DNA of 53,640 nucleotides, from the IMG/VR virus record IMGVR_UViG_3300037962_000587, positions 1 through 53,640 of that record; one strand, written 5' to 3'. Shown here in pieces: positions 1-9,830 of the stretch (positions are counted from its first letter, which is position 1; each line of letters opens with the position of its first letter). The stretch is from a virus. Lineage: Duplodnaviria; Caudoviricetes. The notes under the pieces are model-generated. The model was given only the letters and a program-made list of their open reading frames with translations, ran no database searches and was not told where the DNA came from. A program made the translations under genes and the position numbers.

Positions 1-32
1 TGTGTGTTGAAAATTTGTCCAAGATCATAAAC

Positions 33-689
33 TCATGACTCCTTATAAGTAATTGACTCTCTAAACAAGACGGGTGTTAATTCAAACACACGGCAGTCAA
101 AGTTACTCTCTATAGCATGCTTGACATCTATGGAGTGGAGCTTAATCTGTTTGAGCCACTCGACATAGCCTTGTTGATCTTGTTGCACTGGTTTAATGTT
201 ATCATAATAACCGTCTATCCAAGCCTTGCCTTGTATTTCACAGCAGTCATGACCACAGAGAAAAATATTTTTAGCACCCATGTATGCAGCTAAATGCATA
301 GCTGATGTGATTGTTGAGTAACTAACAACAATTTTATCGGAATCTTTACTAATGACACTTAAATCTGGAGAGTGGTATGGAGGCTTGTTATGCTCATGAC
401 AAAAGAAAAAATCAACGCTATGTTTAGTGTTTAATTCACCGAGGCTGTTCCCATGCGCATATTCCGAAGCAACTATTTTGCCAGAATGACTGGAATCACG
501 GACTTCTTTGAGTCCTTCAATGTCTTTCAAGATTGTATAATCGCATTTTATATATCCGCACACCCTATTTATACCTACAACAATCTTATTATTGAAAAAG
601 GCGTTGTTGAAATAGTTCATGCTGGGGCCAGACCCTAGTACATAAATATCCTCACCGTGATGGGTGTTTTTAAGTGCGGCGATATTCAT
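33..689 (-). CDS. Maf/DUF115 (MptE-like) family protein, putative nonulosonic acid (sialyl-type) transferase
   Basis: Motifs IYVLGSGPS, VGINRV and STITSAMHLAAYMGAKNIFLCGHD are typical of the Maf/CstII-like fold; neuA/neuB are nearby. Confidence 0.6.
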   Translation of the reverse strand: MNIAALKNTHHGEDIYVLGSGPSMNYFNNAFFNNKIVVGINRVCGYIKCDYTILKDIEGLKEVRDSSHSGKIVASEYAHGNSLGELNTKHSVDFFFCHEHNKPPYHSPDLSVISKDSDKIVVSYSTITSAMHLAAYMGAKNIFLCGHDCCEIQGKAWIDGYYDNIKPVQQDQQGYVEWLKQIKLHSIDVKHAIESNFDCRVFELTPVLFRESITYKES

Positions 690-1246
690 TTAATCGCCTC
701 TCTTATTTTGTAATCGAAATTCTGAAAATCTGGAAGCATTATATCATTAACTATTTTTATAGTTTCTTCATCAAAGTAACTCATAATATCGTTCTTAGTT
801 GTTGTATTAAGACACGGGAAATTATCTTTAAAATTAAAATTGTTCACGAAGTATTCTACAAAACCTTCAATATCCTCAAATTTAAAAATTTTGAACCTTT
901 CGCTTCTGATCCAGTAACTACATGGCATGTGGAATCTAAGTTGATACTTATGTAAGTGCTTGGGTTGTACAAAAAAATTGGGATTATTAAGATTCAATAT
1001 GTAGTCTTTAAAGGAAACCCCTTCTCTTAATCTCTTCAGATTGTCTCTCCAATGTACAAATTGAGAAACTATTCTCGAATAAGGGTTTCTGACGACAGTA
1101 AAATAGAACCCGCTGTCATCAAAATGCCTGATAATATCTTGGCAGGCGTCTTGCTTTGCACCAACTATAGGTGAATCATTTATATCAAACCATCGTTCTA
1201 TGGATTTACCGGCAGTTTTATTTATGTGCATAAAATAATATTGCAT
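686..1246 (-). CDS. Sulfotransferase family 2 protein
   Basis: 5'-PSB motif FMHINKTAGKSI and 3'-PB motif FTVVRNPYSRIVSQF. Confidence 0.85.
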   Translation of the reverse strand: MQYYFMHINKTAGKSIERWFDINDSPIVGAKQDACQDIIRHFDDSGFYFTVVRNPYSRIVSQFVHWRDNLKRLREGVSFKDYILNLNNPNFFVQPKHLHKYQLRFHMPCSYWIRSERFKIFKFEDIEGFVEYFVNNFNFKDNFPCLNTTTKNDIMSYFDEETIKIVNDIMLPDFQNFDYKIREAIK

Positions 1247-1995
1247 TAGTATAAAGACCTTGCTTTTATCATTGTTTGTTTCTTTGGGAAGCTTTTATAT
1301 CTTTTCCTATCATCTCCGAGTTTGTGTACTACAAACATTTCTTTGAATTTACACTCATCAATCCATTCTAATTTTTCTGGACCTTCTTTAAATTCATAAT
1401 GCTCCAGAAGTCTAGTATTTTCTAAATTATTTTCATCTATTTCCTCTTGAACTATTTCGCCGTATAGTAAGCACGCTGTTGCAGACCCTACATTCTGTAG
1501 TGGATCTTGTTTAAATCTTACAGATATCTCTGATATAATCTTATTTATTGTTTTATTATCTATGGAACAAGCAAAGAAAGCATTACATATATGGGGTGGT
1601 GTATATTCAAAGTTATACTGTTCATCAAACATGGGTCCGTATCTATATATAGGTCTTCTGATAACTAAATCGTAATTAAGCAGAGAATCTAATGGTCTTA
1701 AACATGTACAGTCGCTATCGGTCCAAACGCCTCCCATTTTGTTTAGAATGTATAGTCTAGAAGAATCCCACTTCTTTAGTATGCCTCGCTTTAAGCTTCC
1801 ACCTTGCACATTATGTGTCCAATCATGATAAAAATCTTTGCTATAATTACCTTTAATAAATCTATCTATCGAATCATCTGTCCAGTGTATTGGTTTTAGT
1901 TCTGGATTCTTTTTAGTAAATGATTCTATACATTTTTCTTGTTCGGCGTTCAGGGTTCCACTGCTTGACATGAAGTGTATAATTTTTGGTATCAT
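1246..1995 (-). CDS. Glycosyltransferase, GT32/OCH1-like
   Basis: N-terminal MIPKIIH, DxxRLxILxxxGGVWTDSD (DxD), and NAFFAC. Confidence 0.85.
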   Translation of the reverse strand: MIPKIIHFMSSSGTLNAEQEKCIESFTKKNPELKPIHWTDDSIDRFIKGNYSKDFYHDWTHNVQGGSLKRGILKKWDSSRLYILNKMGGVWTDSDCTCLRPLDSLLNYDLVIRRPIYRYGPMFDEQYNFEYTPPHICNAFFACSIDNKTINKIISEISVRFKQDPLQNVGSATACLLYGEIVQEEIDENNLENTRLLEHYEFKEGPEKLEWIDECKFKEMFVVHKLGDDRKRYKSFPKKQTMIKARSLY

Positions 1996-2561
1996 GCTAT
2001 TTCTCCAAACAGTTGATTACCTACAACAGATAACTCGTAATTATTTATTTTTAATATTTGCTCTTTAATTAAATCTAGTTTTATATTTTTACCCCAGTTG
2101 ACACATTTCCTTCCTTTAAACTCACCACCAACAGCAGTAATAGACTCTTGTGTACTGTTGATAATATTTACATCGTCAACAACAATGATATGGTTTTTAA
2201 TGTGATGTTTAGATATTGCTTCAAGTTCTTGAGCTATTGGACAATGAACTGAAGAATTCTCTCCATCAAGATTGCTATGATCGTTATGAGCATCAAGGAA
2301 AAATAGAATACGTTCATCTATATCTTTTATGTGGTCAAAAATATGTTGAGAGTCTCCATGTATGAGCGTCACTATTGAATCGTCGTACTTTTCTCTGCCT
2401 TCATCTATCCATCTTTTGCATACATCTATACTGTATATTTTATCAAAACCAGAAGACAATGCAGAGTCAACACCTCTACCTCTAGATAGACCTGTTTCAA
2501 AATAAGTTGATAGATTATATCTATTCTTTAACTCAGTAAGTATACTGTTATGAATTGGCAT
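1992..2561 (-). CDS. Class I SAM-dependent methyltransferase-like protein
   Basis: YFETG...IYSID...IHGDS...FFLDAH...IVVDD pattern. Confidence 0.7.
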   Translation of the reverse strand: MPIHNSILTELKNRYNLSTYFETGLSRGRGVDSALSSGFDKIYSIDVCKRWIDEGREKYDDSIVTLIHGDSQHIFDHIKDIDERILFFLDAHNDHSNLDGENSSVHCPIAQELEAISKHHIKNHIIVVDDVNIINSTQESITAVGGEFKGRKCVNWGKNIKLDLIKEQILKINNYELSVVGNQLFGEIA

Positions 2562-3222
2562 AAGTATTTCTCTGTTGTTCTTGTCTTTTTGTTGCCCCTA
2601 GCTTATGTAACTCTGAGTGCTTGTTGTTTAATCCATAACCATACGTGATGAGATATCTATTTTTATTGTAAAGTTTATGGTAAGGAACAGTATTAACCTG
2701 ACCCCTGTGTAATATTCTTTGGTCAAATATAATTAGGTCTGTTGATTGAGTATTTGCATGTATCTCCCTACTGTCTACTCCGAGGCGGTGAGTTCCCGGC
2801 TTGAACCACAAACCGTATTGATTATCCGTATGGTCTTGTAATAATAAGCAGGCTTTTACTATAAAGTAATCATCTGCCCAAGTATCTTGAGGATGACCAC
2901 CTCCACGTTCATAATCTTTAGTATCTCTGTGCCATCCCGTAGTCTTATTTTGATGCAGATCGGAGTGTTCTAAAAATATAAAGTCATCGGTTTGGAATAC
3001 ATTCCCAAGAATCCTCATGAGCGTATGATCTCTATGTAGGACATTCAAAGACTTAAGTTCAGGCGTATTCCCAGCAAATCCGGGTAGTATTTTAGAATCC
3101 CCTGTCTCATTATAGGATTTGTTGTGTTGTAAATATGAATCAATAGTATTCCTGAAATCTTCAACTTGGTCTTGGTCTAGGAAGTTCTTTATTGTTGTGT
3201 ATCCATCATTTGTAAAGCTCAT
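2548..3222 (-). CDS. PhyH-like Fe(II)/2-oxoglutarate dioxygenase
   Basis: N-terminal FTNDGY, HxD in GWHRD, PGTH, and distal His in ILHRG. Confidence 0.8.
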   Translation of the reverse strand: MSFTNDGYTTIKNFLDQDQVEDFRNTIDSYLQHNKSYNETGDSKILPGFAGNTPELKSLNVLHRDHTLMRILGNVFQTDDFIFLEHSDLHQNKTTGWHRDTKDYERGGGHPQDTWADDYFIVKACLLLQDHTDNQYGLWFKPGTHRLGVDSREIHANTQSTDLIIFDQRILHRGQVNTVPYHKLYNKNRYLITYGYGLNNKHSELHKLGATKRQEQQRNTYANS

Positions 3223-4034
3223 TTTCTCAAGCTCTCCTGTTTTAGTTTTTCTCCTCCCATGACTTTCCGTGGGCCTCCAATCCCTAGTGAAGATTCGATA
3301 TCCCTGATCCCCTTTACTAGCTTCATAAACCCTTGTGGTTCTACAGAAGCAAGATGATCACTTCCCCACATTGTTCTGTCAATCGTGAGATGTCTTTCAA
3401 CCCAAGAAGCTCCCATAGCAACGGCTGCAAAAGTAGAAACTAAACCATATTCATGCCCACTATAACCTATCTCTGCTGAGGGCCATCTAGATTTAAGATG
3501 GTGAATGTAGTTTAAGTTGAGTTCGTTAACTGGCGATGGATAGGTGGAGTTTGTGTGCATGATTACGTCTGGGCTACACGCTTCAACACACTTTACTATT
3601 TCTTCTTCTGTACTCATACCAGTGGATATAATTAGTGTCTGGAAATTTTCTCTAGCATAGCTGCACAACTCCAAGTCCGTAATTAAGGCTGATGGTATCT
3701 TGGCTATTCCAGTGTAGGGCGACATAAAATCCACTGAATCTTTGTCCCACACAGAGGCAAAGCAATGTATTCGCCCCTTACAATAGTTAAATATCTCATC
3801 GTACTCTTGTCTTCCAAACTCAATTCTCTTCTTGTAGTCTAAGTAAGTCATCTCTCCCCAAGGGGTCGATTTACGCTTATCTTTCTGGTGCTCTGGGACA
3901 CACAGGTCTGGGTTTCTTTTTTGCCACTTGATGTAGTCGCAGCCCGCAACTACCGCCGCATCAATCAAACCTCTGGCAACAGACATGTCTCCGTTGTGAT
4001 TTATGCCGCCCTCTGCTATGATTTTAGTATGCAT
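3219..4034 (-). CDS. neuB: N-acetylneuraminate (nonulosonic acid) synthase, lacking the C-terminal antifreeze-like domain
   Basis: IIAEGGINHNGD, KWQKR, KIPSA, ISTGMS, STYP, GYSGHE, VERHLTIDR and GSDH motifs. Confidence 0.92.
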   Translation of the reverse strand: MHTKIIAEGGINHNGDMSVARGLIDAAVVAGCDYIKWQKRNPDLCVPEHQKDKRKSTPWGEMTYLDYKKRIEFGRQEYDEIFNYCKGRIHCFASVWDKDSVDFMSPYTGIAKIPSALITDLELCSYARENFQTLIISTGMSTEEEIVKCVEACSPDVIMHTNSTYPSPVNELNLNYIHHLKSRWPSAEIGYSGHEYGLVSTFAAVAMGASWVERHLTIDRTMWGSDHLASVEPQGFMKLVKGIRDIESSLGIGGPRKVMGGEKLKQESLRK

Positions 4035-4675
4035 TCCATATCCTCCGGGGTGTCAACATCCACCGTTTCATTGATCTTCATAAAATAGGTGTGCTTATTG
4101 TATAGATTGCTGTTTAATTCGTCCAACTCTGATGGTAGAGTGATTGATATGTAATGGCAAAGCTCGAAACACTCCCTGTAATCCTGTCTTCTGGATAGGT
4201 TATGCTTGACAACCTGTTCTCCAAGCCCGTCACCAACGTCAAACATCATTAGGTAGGGGGTTTGCTTTGCAGGTTTTCTACATAATAGACTCCCCAGCTT
4301 GAGGCTTTTAAACTTATCTATGGCTATTTCTACATCTTCCCATGTACGTCTTGGGTATGTGAGATACAACATTACTATTGGCTCATTATCTGACGGGAAA
4401 TTAGAGCAGAAATCCTCCATCATATCCTTGGTTGTTGACTCATCAGAAGCGGAATCTGGATTTCTAATTATATTGGTGAACCCATACGATTCGACCTGCC
4501 CCTTAATCACCTCATCATCTGTAAAAACATAGACTGATTTTCTATACTGCCGAGGTATTATGTTAGCGGTATACTTAAACAGCTTCCTGTTTTTGAATGG
4601 CACGCCTTTGGAATTTCGTCTTGCAGGTATCAGTATTTTAACCGATAGTTCCGTGGTAAGACTACCTTCGTTCAT
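4016..4675 (-). CDS. neuA: CMP-N-acylneuraminate cytidylyltransferase
   Basis: LIPARRNSKGVPFKNR, LTYP, RRQD and DVDTPED motifs; start moved to ATG 4675 after a GGGGAG RBS. Confidence 0.85.
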   Translation of the reverse strand: MNEGSLTTELSVKILIPARRNSKGVPFKNRKLFKYTANIIPRQYRKSVYVFTDDEVIKGQVESYGFTNIIRNPDSASDESTTKDMMEDFCSNFPSDNEPIVMLYLTYPRRTWEDVEIAIDKFKSLKLGSLLCRKPAKQTPYLMMFDVGDGLGEQVVKHNLSRRQDYRECFELCHYISITLPSELDELNSNLYNKHTYFMKINETVDVDTPEDMECILKS

Positions 4676-4676
4676 T

Positions 4677-5423
4677 CTAGGCTCCCCATACACACGTTTG
4701 ATTTGCGAAAAAGGTGTTTCCAACATAATAGTCGCGTTTGAAACCCTCTGATTTTAGGTATGGGTTCAAAGTTGATCCTATATCTAAGTATGTGTTAGAG
4801 CTATTGAAGTTAGTTAGTTCGTGGCATAGTATATTTCCAAACGGCCCGCAACAAAAAAGAAAAACATGATCCTTTATGTTATTGTCATCTATATATCGCT
4901 TGCTTTCTTCTATCAAATGCCATTCATTTGCCCAAGCATTCTTACTGATGGGAAACACTTTCTCTGGTGTGAATGGCAGGCTATTTAAATCACCGTCTTT
5001 ATGGCAGTAGAGTACGGTCTTTCTTTTGCTATATAAAGGTACTATGCTAGATTGGTAGTATTTGTAGTTGTTGTTAACCCATAGGTTAGCCCAAGTAACC
5101 ATGTTCTGAGGTTGTCCAGATTCAGAAAGCATCTCATTGAAAGTATCTGGACCTTGGCAGCAAGGGCAAGATATTCCCACGTAGTATTGGGGGTGTTGAA
5201 ATCTAAAGGAGTTCCATAACATCTCTCGCTTCAACTGGTCAGACTCATCTTCTTTATCAAACCAAAACTCAGAGTTGTTTATTGTTGAATTTTTCATAAC
5301 GGCCCACTCGCCGTCAGCGTACTTAGAGAAGCTGAAGTTTACGCCGTACTCAATCTTACTCTTAAAGAATTTTATGTCTTCGTCGAAAGATTTATTCGGG
5401 GGTGTTGTTAGCGAAAAAAGCAT
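4677..5423 (-). CDS. GT-D fold (DUF1792-like) glycosyltransferase
   Basis: FSFSKYADGE (cf. SxxRxGDGE), CGPFGNIL and LDIGS motifs. Confidence 0.6.
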   Translation of the reverse strand: MLFSLTTPPNKSFDEDIKFFKSKIEYGVNFSFSKYADGEWAVMKNSTINNSEFWFDKEDESDQLKREMLWNSFRFQHPQYYVGISCPCCQGPDTFNEMLSESGQPQNMVTWANLWVNNNYKYYQSSIVPLYSKRKTVLYCHKDGDLNSLPFTPEKVFPISKNAWANEWHLIEESKRYIDDNNIKDHVFLFCCGPFGNILCHELTNFNSSNTYLDIGSTLNPYLKSEGFKRDYYVGNTFFANQTCVWGA

Positions 5424-6426
5424 TTAATATCTCCACTATCTTTGGTGTAGCTTGACCGTCACCGTAGGGGCAGGCGTGATCAATAAGGGAGTTCTTCTCC
5501 CTCTTTATTCTGTAAAATAACGACTTGAGGTCTTCAGGACTCTTACACAGCATTGCAAAATCTTCTAGTCCTTCAACTCTCTCCGTAAACTCCCGGCAGA
5601 CTATGCACTTCTTTCTTAGGAAGCAGGATTCTTCTTGTATTCCTCCACTATCTGTTATAACAAAGTTGCATCTATTTATTAGGTCGATACACTTGTCGTG
5701 AGATACTGCGGGAACCACAGTAACATCTGTTAGGAGGTCTTGGTGTTGTATTACGTTGGGATTTGGGTGTATAGGAAGCACAAAGCTGAGACCATCGTAG
5801 TCAAACTTTTCAGACTTTGCTAAATCGTTTATAACTTTGAACCATTCGTCCATATTATGATGGTTCTCTCTTCTATGCATTGTCACTAGAACAAAGTCCC
5901 CAAGACTAGGCTTAAGGCCAACCAAGTGGTCTAGAACCGTATTCCCAACTACGTATGTCTTAGCGTTAGGGTTTTCGTTCTTTACGTTTCGTTCCGCAGT
6001 CTCTGTTGGACAAAGGTGGATGTCTGCCAATGAGGTGATTGACGCTCTGTTGAACTCCTCTGGGTACGGGTGCTTATTGTTGAATGTTCTTAGGCCTGCT
6101 TCTAGGTGTATGACGGGAATGCTTCTGTGAAATGCCGCCAACGCCACCGCAAATGCCGAGGTTGTGTCACCCTGAACCATTACCGCCGAGTACTTACCGT
6201 CTGGAAAGTTTTTCAACGAGGAACAAACTATAGAATCTAACCTGTTGTCGCAACCATCGCTGCTTATAGTCATAGATTCATACTGGTAATTTTCTATACT
6301 GTCATCAATTAATGATGTGTGCTGCCCTGTAAAGAGAAGCTTATACGGTATTTCCCCGTGTATAGCATCTACTATTGGTCTTATCTTAATCCACTCAGGT
6401 CTTGTTCCAAATGCTATGAGTATCAT
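5392..6426 (-). CDS. wecB: UDP-N-acetylglucosamine 2-epimerase, non-hydrolysing type
   Basis: FGTRPEWIK, TGQH, VQGDTTS, HLEAGLRT, PYPEEFNR, TMHRREN, TDSGGIQEE and PYGDG motifs. Confidence 0.92.
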   Translation of the reverse strand: MILIAFGTRPEWIKIRPIVDAIHGEIPYKLLFTGQHTSLIDDSIENYQYESMTISSDGCDNRLDSIVCSSLKNFPDGKYSAVMVQGDTTSAFAVALAAFHRSIPVIHLEAGLRTFNNKHPYPEEFNRASITSLADIHLCPTETAERNVKNENPNAKTYVVGNTVLDHLVGLKPSLGDFVLVTMHRRENHHNMDEWFKVINDLAKSEKFDYDGLSFVLPIHPNPNVIQHQDLLTDVTVVPAVSHDKCIDLINRCNFVITDSGGIQEESCFLRKKCIVCREFTERVEGLEDFAMLCKSPEDLKSLFYRIKREKNSLIDHACPYGDGQATPKIVEILNAFFANNTPE

Positions 6427-6428
6427 TA

Positions 6429-7172
6429 CTACTGTCTATCCTTTACTAATTTATAACCCTGCGATACTATATAATTCCAGTATGAGTTGGCCTGCATGTG
6501 ACCTTCAGAAGTTCTGGATGTAGCAGCCATATCTTCCCCATACTTAGAGGGGTCTAAGGAACCCCACATTTCAGGTTCTTCTTTCGGTTGAGGGGGAACG
6601 TAGGTGTATAAACCAAAATGTTTCTGAAGTACGTATGAGAAATGCATGTCCTCACCACCTCTCGTCAGAGGAGTCCTAGGCATTTCAGCCCAATAAGCAC
6701 GTAGCCAATCTCTTTCAAAAAACCAACAATGCCCCATTATGTCTACAGGCTCAGGTTGCTCGTTTCCATATCCAGAGCTGATACTTTCATACGCACAACC
6801 CGGATACATATTATAGTCATCTCCGGTCATTCTGACACCCCTACAACCAAGTAAACCTCTATGAGTTTTAATAGTTTCCAGACAATTCTCTAGCCATCTT
6901 TTTCCGGGGATGGTGTCGTCGTCAAAAACACACACATATTCAGTGCCAGCGTTCAAGGCGTAGGCAAATCTGGCCCAAACACCTAGGTTCTTGTTGCAAA
7001 ATGCTGACGTGCATTTCTCTATCACGTCGCTAGGGAATGATTCCATGGAATCTTCGTGGTAGTTACCCCAGAACATGATGTCAACATCGTCTATTGTCTG
7101 TGATTTGATTGCCTCATACTGCTCAGGTAGGGTGTGAGGTCTTTTATATCCATTGAGAATTGCTGTAATCAT
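6429..7172 (-). CDS. GT-A fold glycosyltransferase (GT2/GT64-like)
   Basis: ILNGYKRP, YVCVFDDD and GGEDMHFSY motifs. Confidence 0.75.
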   Translation of the reverse strand: MITAILNGYKRPHTLPEQYEAIKSQTIDDVDIMFWGNYHEDSMESFPSDVIEKCTSAFCNKNLGVWARFAYALNAGTEYVCVFDDDTIPGKRWLENCLETIKTHRGLLGCRGVRMTGDDYNMYPGCAYESISSGYGNEQPEPVDIMGHCWFFERDWLRAYWAEMPRTPLTRGGEDMHFSYVLQKHFGLYTYVPPQPKEEPEMWGSLDPSKYGEDMAATSRTSEGHMQANSYWNYIVSQGYKLVKDRQ

Positions 7173-8095
7173 TTTGAGATGTTTCCAATGAGTTGTTTGG
7201 TTTGCGATTCGAGATCAGGCATGTTGATCTTAGAAAATATTCTAGCCAGTCTGTTGAGACATGTGTGTCTTTCTAGTACAGTGTCCTTAACCCTGTCAAA
7301 ATTACTATCGTCTTCAGCTATTTCCTTTTGGGTTCCGCAGACAAATCTGCCCACCTTTAAGACACCATCTAAAACGTCCTTCATCTTGTCTGTCTGAGCA
7401 TCATACTTACAATGATAGTATGTCTTGTTTCCGTATATCGTGGCATCAAAAAAGGCTTGCGGTATATAAGGATCTTCAACTGATACTACAAATTTGTTAT
7501 ATTTACCATAAAGCTCGTACATATCAAAGGCAGACATGTGTATATCCGAACCCTCTAGGGGTTGCGGGTTTTGTGTCAGGTAGTGGTATGTTTCCGCAGA
7601 AGACAGTAGCTCGTCCAATCTGTCGTCACTTTTGTAGTCTGTTAACAGGCCTAGCTCTATTTGGTATTCGGGAAACCTTCTACCCCTTCTACCAGAAAAC
7701 AAGTCAGCGCCGTGCATGACACTGATAAGCTTGATCCCTTTAGAGGATAACCTGTTGAGTCTCTTGGGCTGATTGGTAAACAGTAGCGGGCAGTTTATTT
7801 TGGTTTCTTTAACAACGTGGTTTATCAGGTCAACTGTTTCTTGGGAAGAACCTGTCACGTTAACGATTAATTTTATCCTCTGATTTCTACGTAAGTACTT
7901 AAGCGTGTCGTCGTTTAGGAGAGTTATATGCGTAATAAAGATGTCAGGCTTTACGATATCAAACATATCAAAGACGCTGACATTAGTGTCGCTCCAGAAA
8001 GCAGACTCTACACCATTGAGGCAGTTAAGTGATTCGTGCAGGTATGCTGCTTCTGTGCTGGTGCTAGTCGTGTAGTTTTGTACTAGTGCCTTCAT
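7169..8095 (-). CDS. Divergent GT-B/CgeB-like protein
   Basis: KPDIFI N-terminal segment, FFDA and C-terminal RHTCLNRLARIF resemble the CgeB/GT1_2 tail; weak similarity. Confidence 0.4.
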   Translation of the reverse strand: MKALVQNYTTSTSTEAAYLHESLNCLNGVESAFWSDTNVSVFDMFDIVKPDIFITHITLLNDDTLKYLRRNQRIKLIVNVTGSSQETVDLINHVVKETKINCPLLFTNQPKRLNRLSSKGIKLISVMHGADLFSGRRGRRFPEYQIELGLLTDYKSDDRLDELLSSAETYHYLTQNPQPLEGSDIHMSAFDMYELYGKYNKFVVSVEDPYIPQAFFDATIYGNKTYYHCKYDAQTDKMKDVLDGVLKVGRFVCGTQKEIAEDDSNFDRVKDTVLERHTCLNRLARIFSKINMPDLESQTKQLIGNISK

Positions 8096-8831
8096 AGTAT
8101 CTCCGTATCATGTGGTATGTTTTTATGTTATTGACATTTATAAGTTGTTTTGCGGTGTATGGGACAACTGATATTTCAACACTACGTATAAATCTATTTA
8201 ATCCCTCGAAAAGGAACCTGTTCTTGAAGTCAATTAAAGATATAATCTCTCTCAATGTCTCTATAGCTTTTACTGAGTTTAGATAAAGCATCTCTGACCA
8301 AACATTGTTTATCCCGTATGAAAAATTTTGTATCAACCCTTTGTTGTCAGCAGTAAACCCAACGTCTAAGTTTCTAGACCCCTCTAAAGCCGACACTATA
8401 TGTGTGTGTGATGGGTCTATTGATGACAAGATCTCAGGGTCTAGCATAAGTGAGCCGTTGGAAACTAGAACCTTACTGTTGTTGATGTTATTAAGGCAAA
8501 GCCTCAGACTCTCGCAACAGTTTGAGTGTTGGTATATCTGATTTTCAACCACCCTAATTCTGGTGTCAGGGTAATTCTTTCTTATATGCTTTATAACCTT
8601 CTCGGAGTCAAACCCGCAACAAACCACCACCTCGAAGTTGGAGAATACTGATTTGATTGCAGATATCTGCATGTCTATCAAACACTGCCCGCCCATCTTC
8701 AGTAGAGGGGTTGGCCCGTATGACTTCATGCGGTACCCAGACTTTTCAGAAAGGAGTACCACACTAACAAGCTCGTCCATTCTTCTCTGAGGAGTACTCG
8801 GAGAGGTTATGAAAGTGCTTTTTCTTCGCAT
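8064..8831 (-). CDS. Sugar/choline-phosphate nucleotidyltransferase family protein (divergent signature)
   Basis: VVLLSEKSGYRMKSYGPTPLL (cf. LAAGxGxRMKSxxPKxL), VCCGF, VENxxYxxSN and ESLRL. Confidence 0.7.
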   Translation of the reverse strand: MRRKSTFITSPSTPQRRMDELVSVVLLSEKSGYRMKSYGPTPLLKMGGQCLIDMQISAIKSVFSNFEVVVCCGFDSEKVIKHIRKNYPDTRIRVVENQIYQHSNCCESLRLCLNNINNSKVLVSNGSLMLDPEILSSIDPSHTHIVSALEGSRNLDVGFTADNKGLIQNFSYGINNVWSEMLYLNSVKAIETLREIISLIDFKNRFLFEGLNRFIRSVEISVVPYTAKQLINVNNIKTYHMIRRYYEGTSTKLHD

Positions 8832-8837
8832 AGAAAT

Positions 8838-9830
8838 CTAGCCTAGCCACCTATTGTTTTCTAGTGTCCACCGTATAGTCTTCTCTAAACTATCCTCAAA
8901 GTTAATAGGAAGAGACCATCCCAAGGACTCCATCTTTCCACCATCCAAAGCGTATCTGAGGTCATGTCCGGGTCGGCTGCTGTGAAAGTCTAACAGTTCA
9001 TAGTTCAGCGGCTTACCAACAACACCCGCTATAAATTGAGCCATCTGCAAGTTGTCAACTTCTTTTTCTCCTACTATATTATACTTCTCTCTCTGCTCCC
9101 ATTTTCCTTGCATTAAGAATAGTACTGCCGCCGAGGTATTTCTAGCATGTATATAATGCCTTCTGCCGGGTTGACCCTCTGGGCTGGCATGGATATAAAC
9201 CTTTTCTCCGGTTAGCGCCCTATTAACACACATTGGGATGAACTTTTCAGGATGTTGACGTTCCCCAAAGACGTTCATACAGTGGGTTATGACTAGCGGA
9301 AGTTTGTAGGTATTGGCAAACGCCAAACACATCTCCTCCGCCCCAGCCTTTGAGCCTGAGTATGGATTAGTCGAATCATACCGATCCCACTCTTTATACT
9401 TAACCCCTTCAGGAGCGGGGCCAAACACCTCATCAGTGGAAAAGTTCACAAACAGCTCCAACGAGTCCAGTGATCTTGCATAATTTAGCAGGTTAGTGGT
9501 TCCCACTACGTTGTCCATAACAAAAGACATTGGGTCTTCGATACTTCTATCTACGTGTGAGCCAGCAGCTAGGTGCAGGATGTAGTCAACACGCCCTATC
9601 TGAGAAGCTGTAAATGAATTTATTTCAGCCTTAAGATCGTGAAAGACAAAGCTTACTCGGGATTTCCAGTGGTTATGAGACTCTAAGACTTCGTGTAATC
9701 TGTGAAGAGTACCGGAGCAGTCCAGCCTATCCATGCACACAATTTCCCAATCAGTCTCTTTTAGTATATGTTCACAAAGGTGGTGTCCTATAAAGCCAGA
9801 ACCACCGGTCATCAGTACTTTTTTAACCAA
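8838..9830 (-). CDS. rmlB: dTDP-glucose 4,6-dehydratase-like NAD-dependent epimerase/dehydratase
   Basis: TGGSGFIG, HLAAGSHVDRSI, STDEVFG, YSGSK, GERQHPEKFIP and RPGHDLRY motifs; probable TTG start at 9830 after AAGGAG. Confidence 0.88.
   Translation of the reverse strand: MVKKVLMTGGSGFIGHHLCEHILKETDWEIVCMDRLDCSGTLHRLHEVLESHNHWKSRVSFVFHDLKAEINSFTASQIGRVDYILHLAAGSHVDRSIEDPMSFVMDNVVGTTNLLNYARSLDSLELFVNFSTDEVFGPAPEGVKYKEWDRYDSTNPYSGSKAGAEEMCLAFANTYKLPLVITHCMNVFGERQHPEKFIPMCVNRALTGEKVYIHASPEGQPGRRHYIHARNTSAAVLFLMQGKWEQREKYNIVGEKEVDNLQMAQFIAGVVGKPLNYELLDFHSSRPGHDLRYALDGGKMESLGWSLPINFEDSLEKTIRWTLENNRWLG

Noticed and set aside
1-28. Start of a further minus-strand gene (MILDKFSTH...)
   Set aside because: Only nine codons lie inside the window, so it cannot be supported or assigned.
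5392-6426. Calling the epimerase neuC
   Set aside because: Its motifs (GDTTS, HLEAGLRT, PEEFNR) are those of non-hydrolysing WecB, not hydrolysing NeuC.
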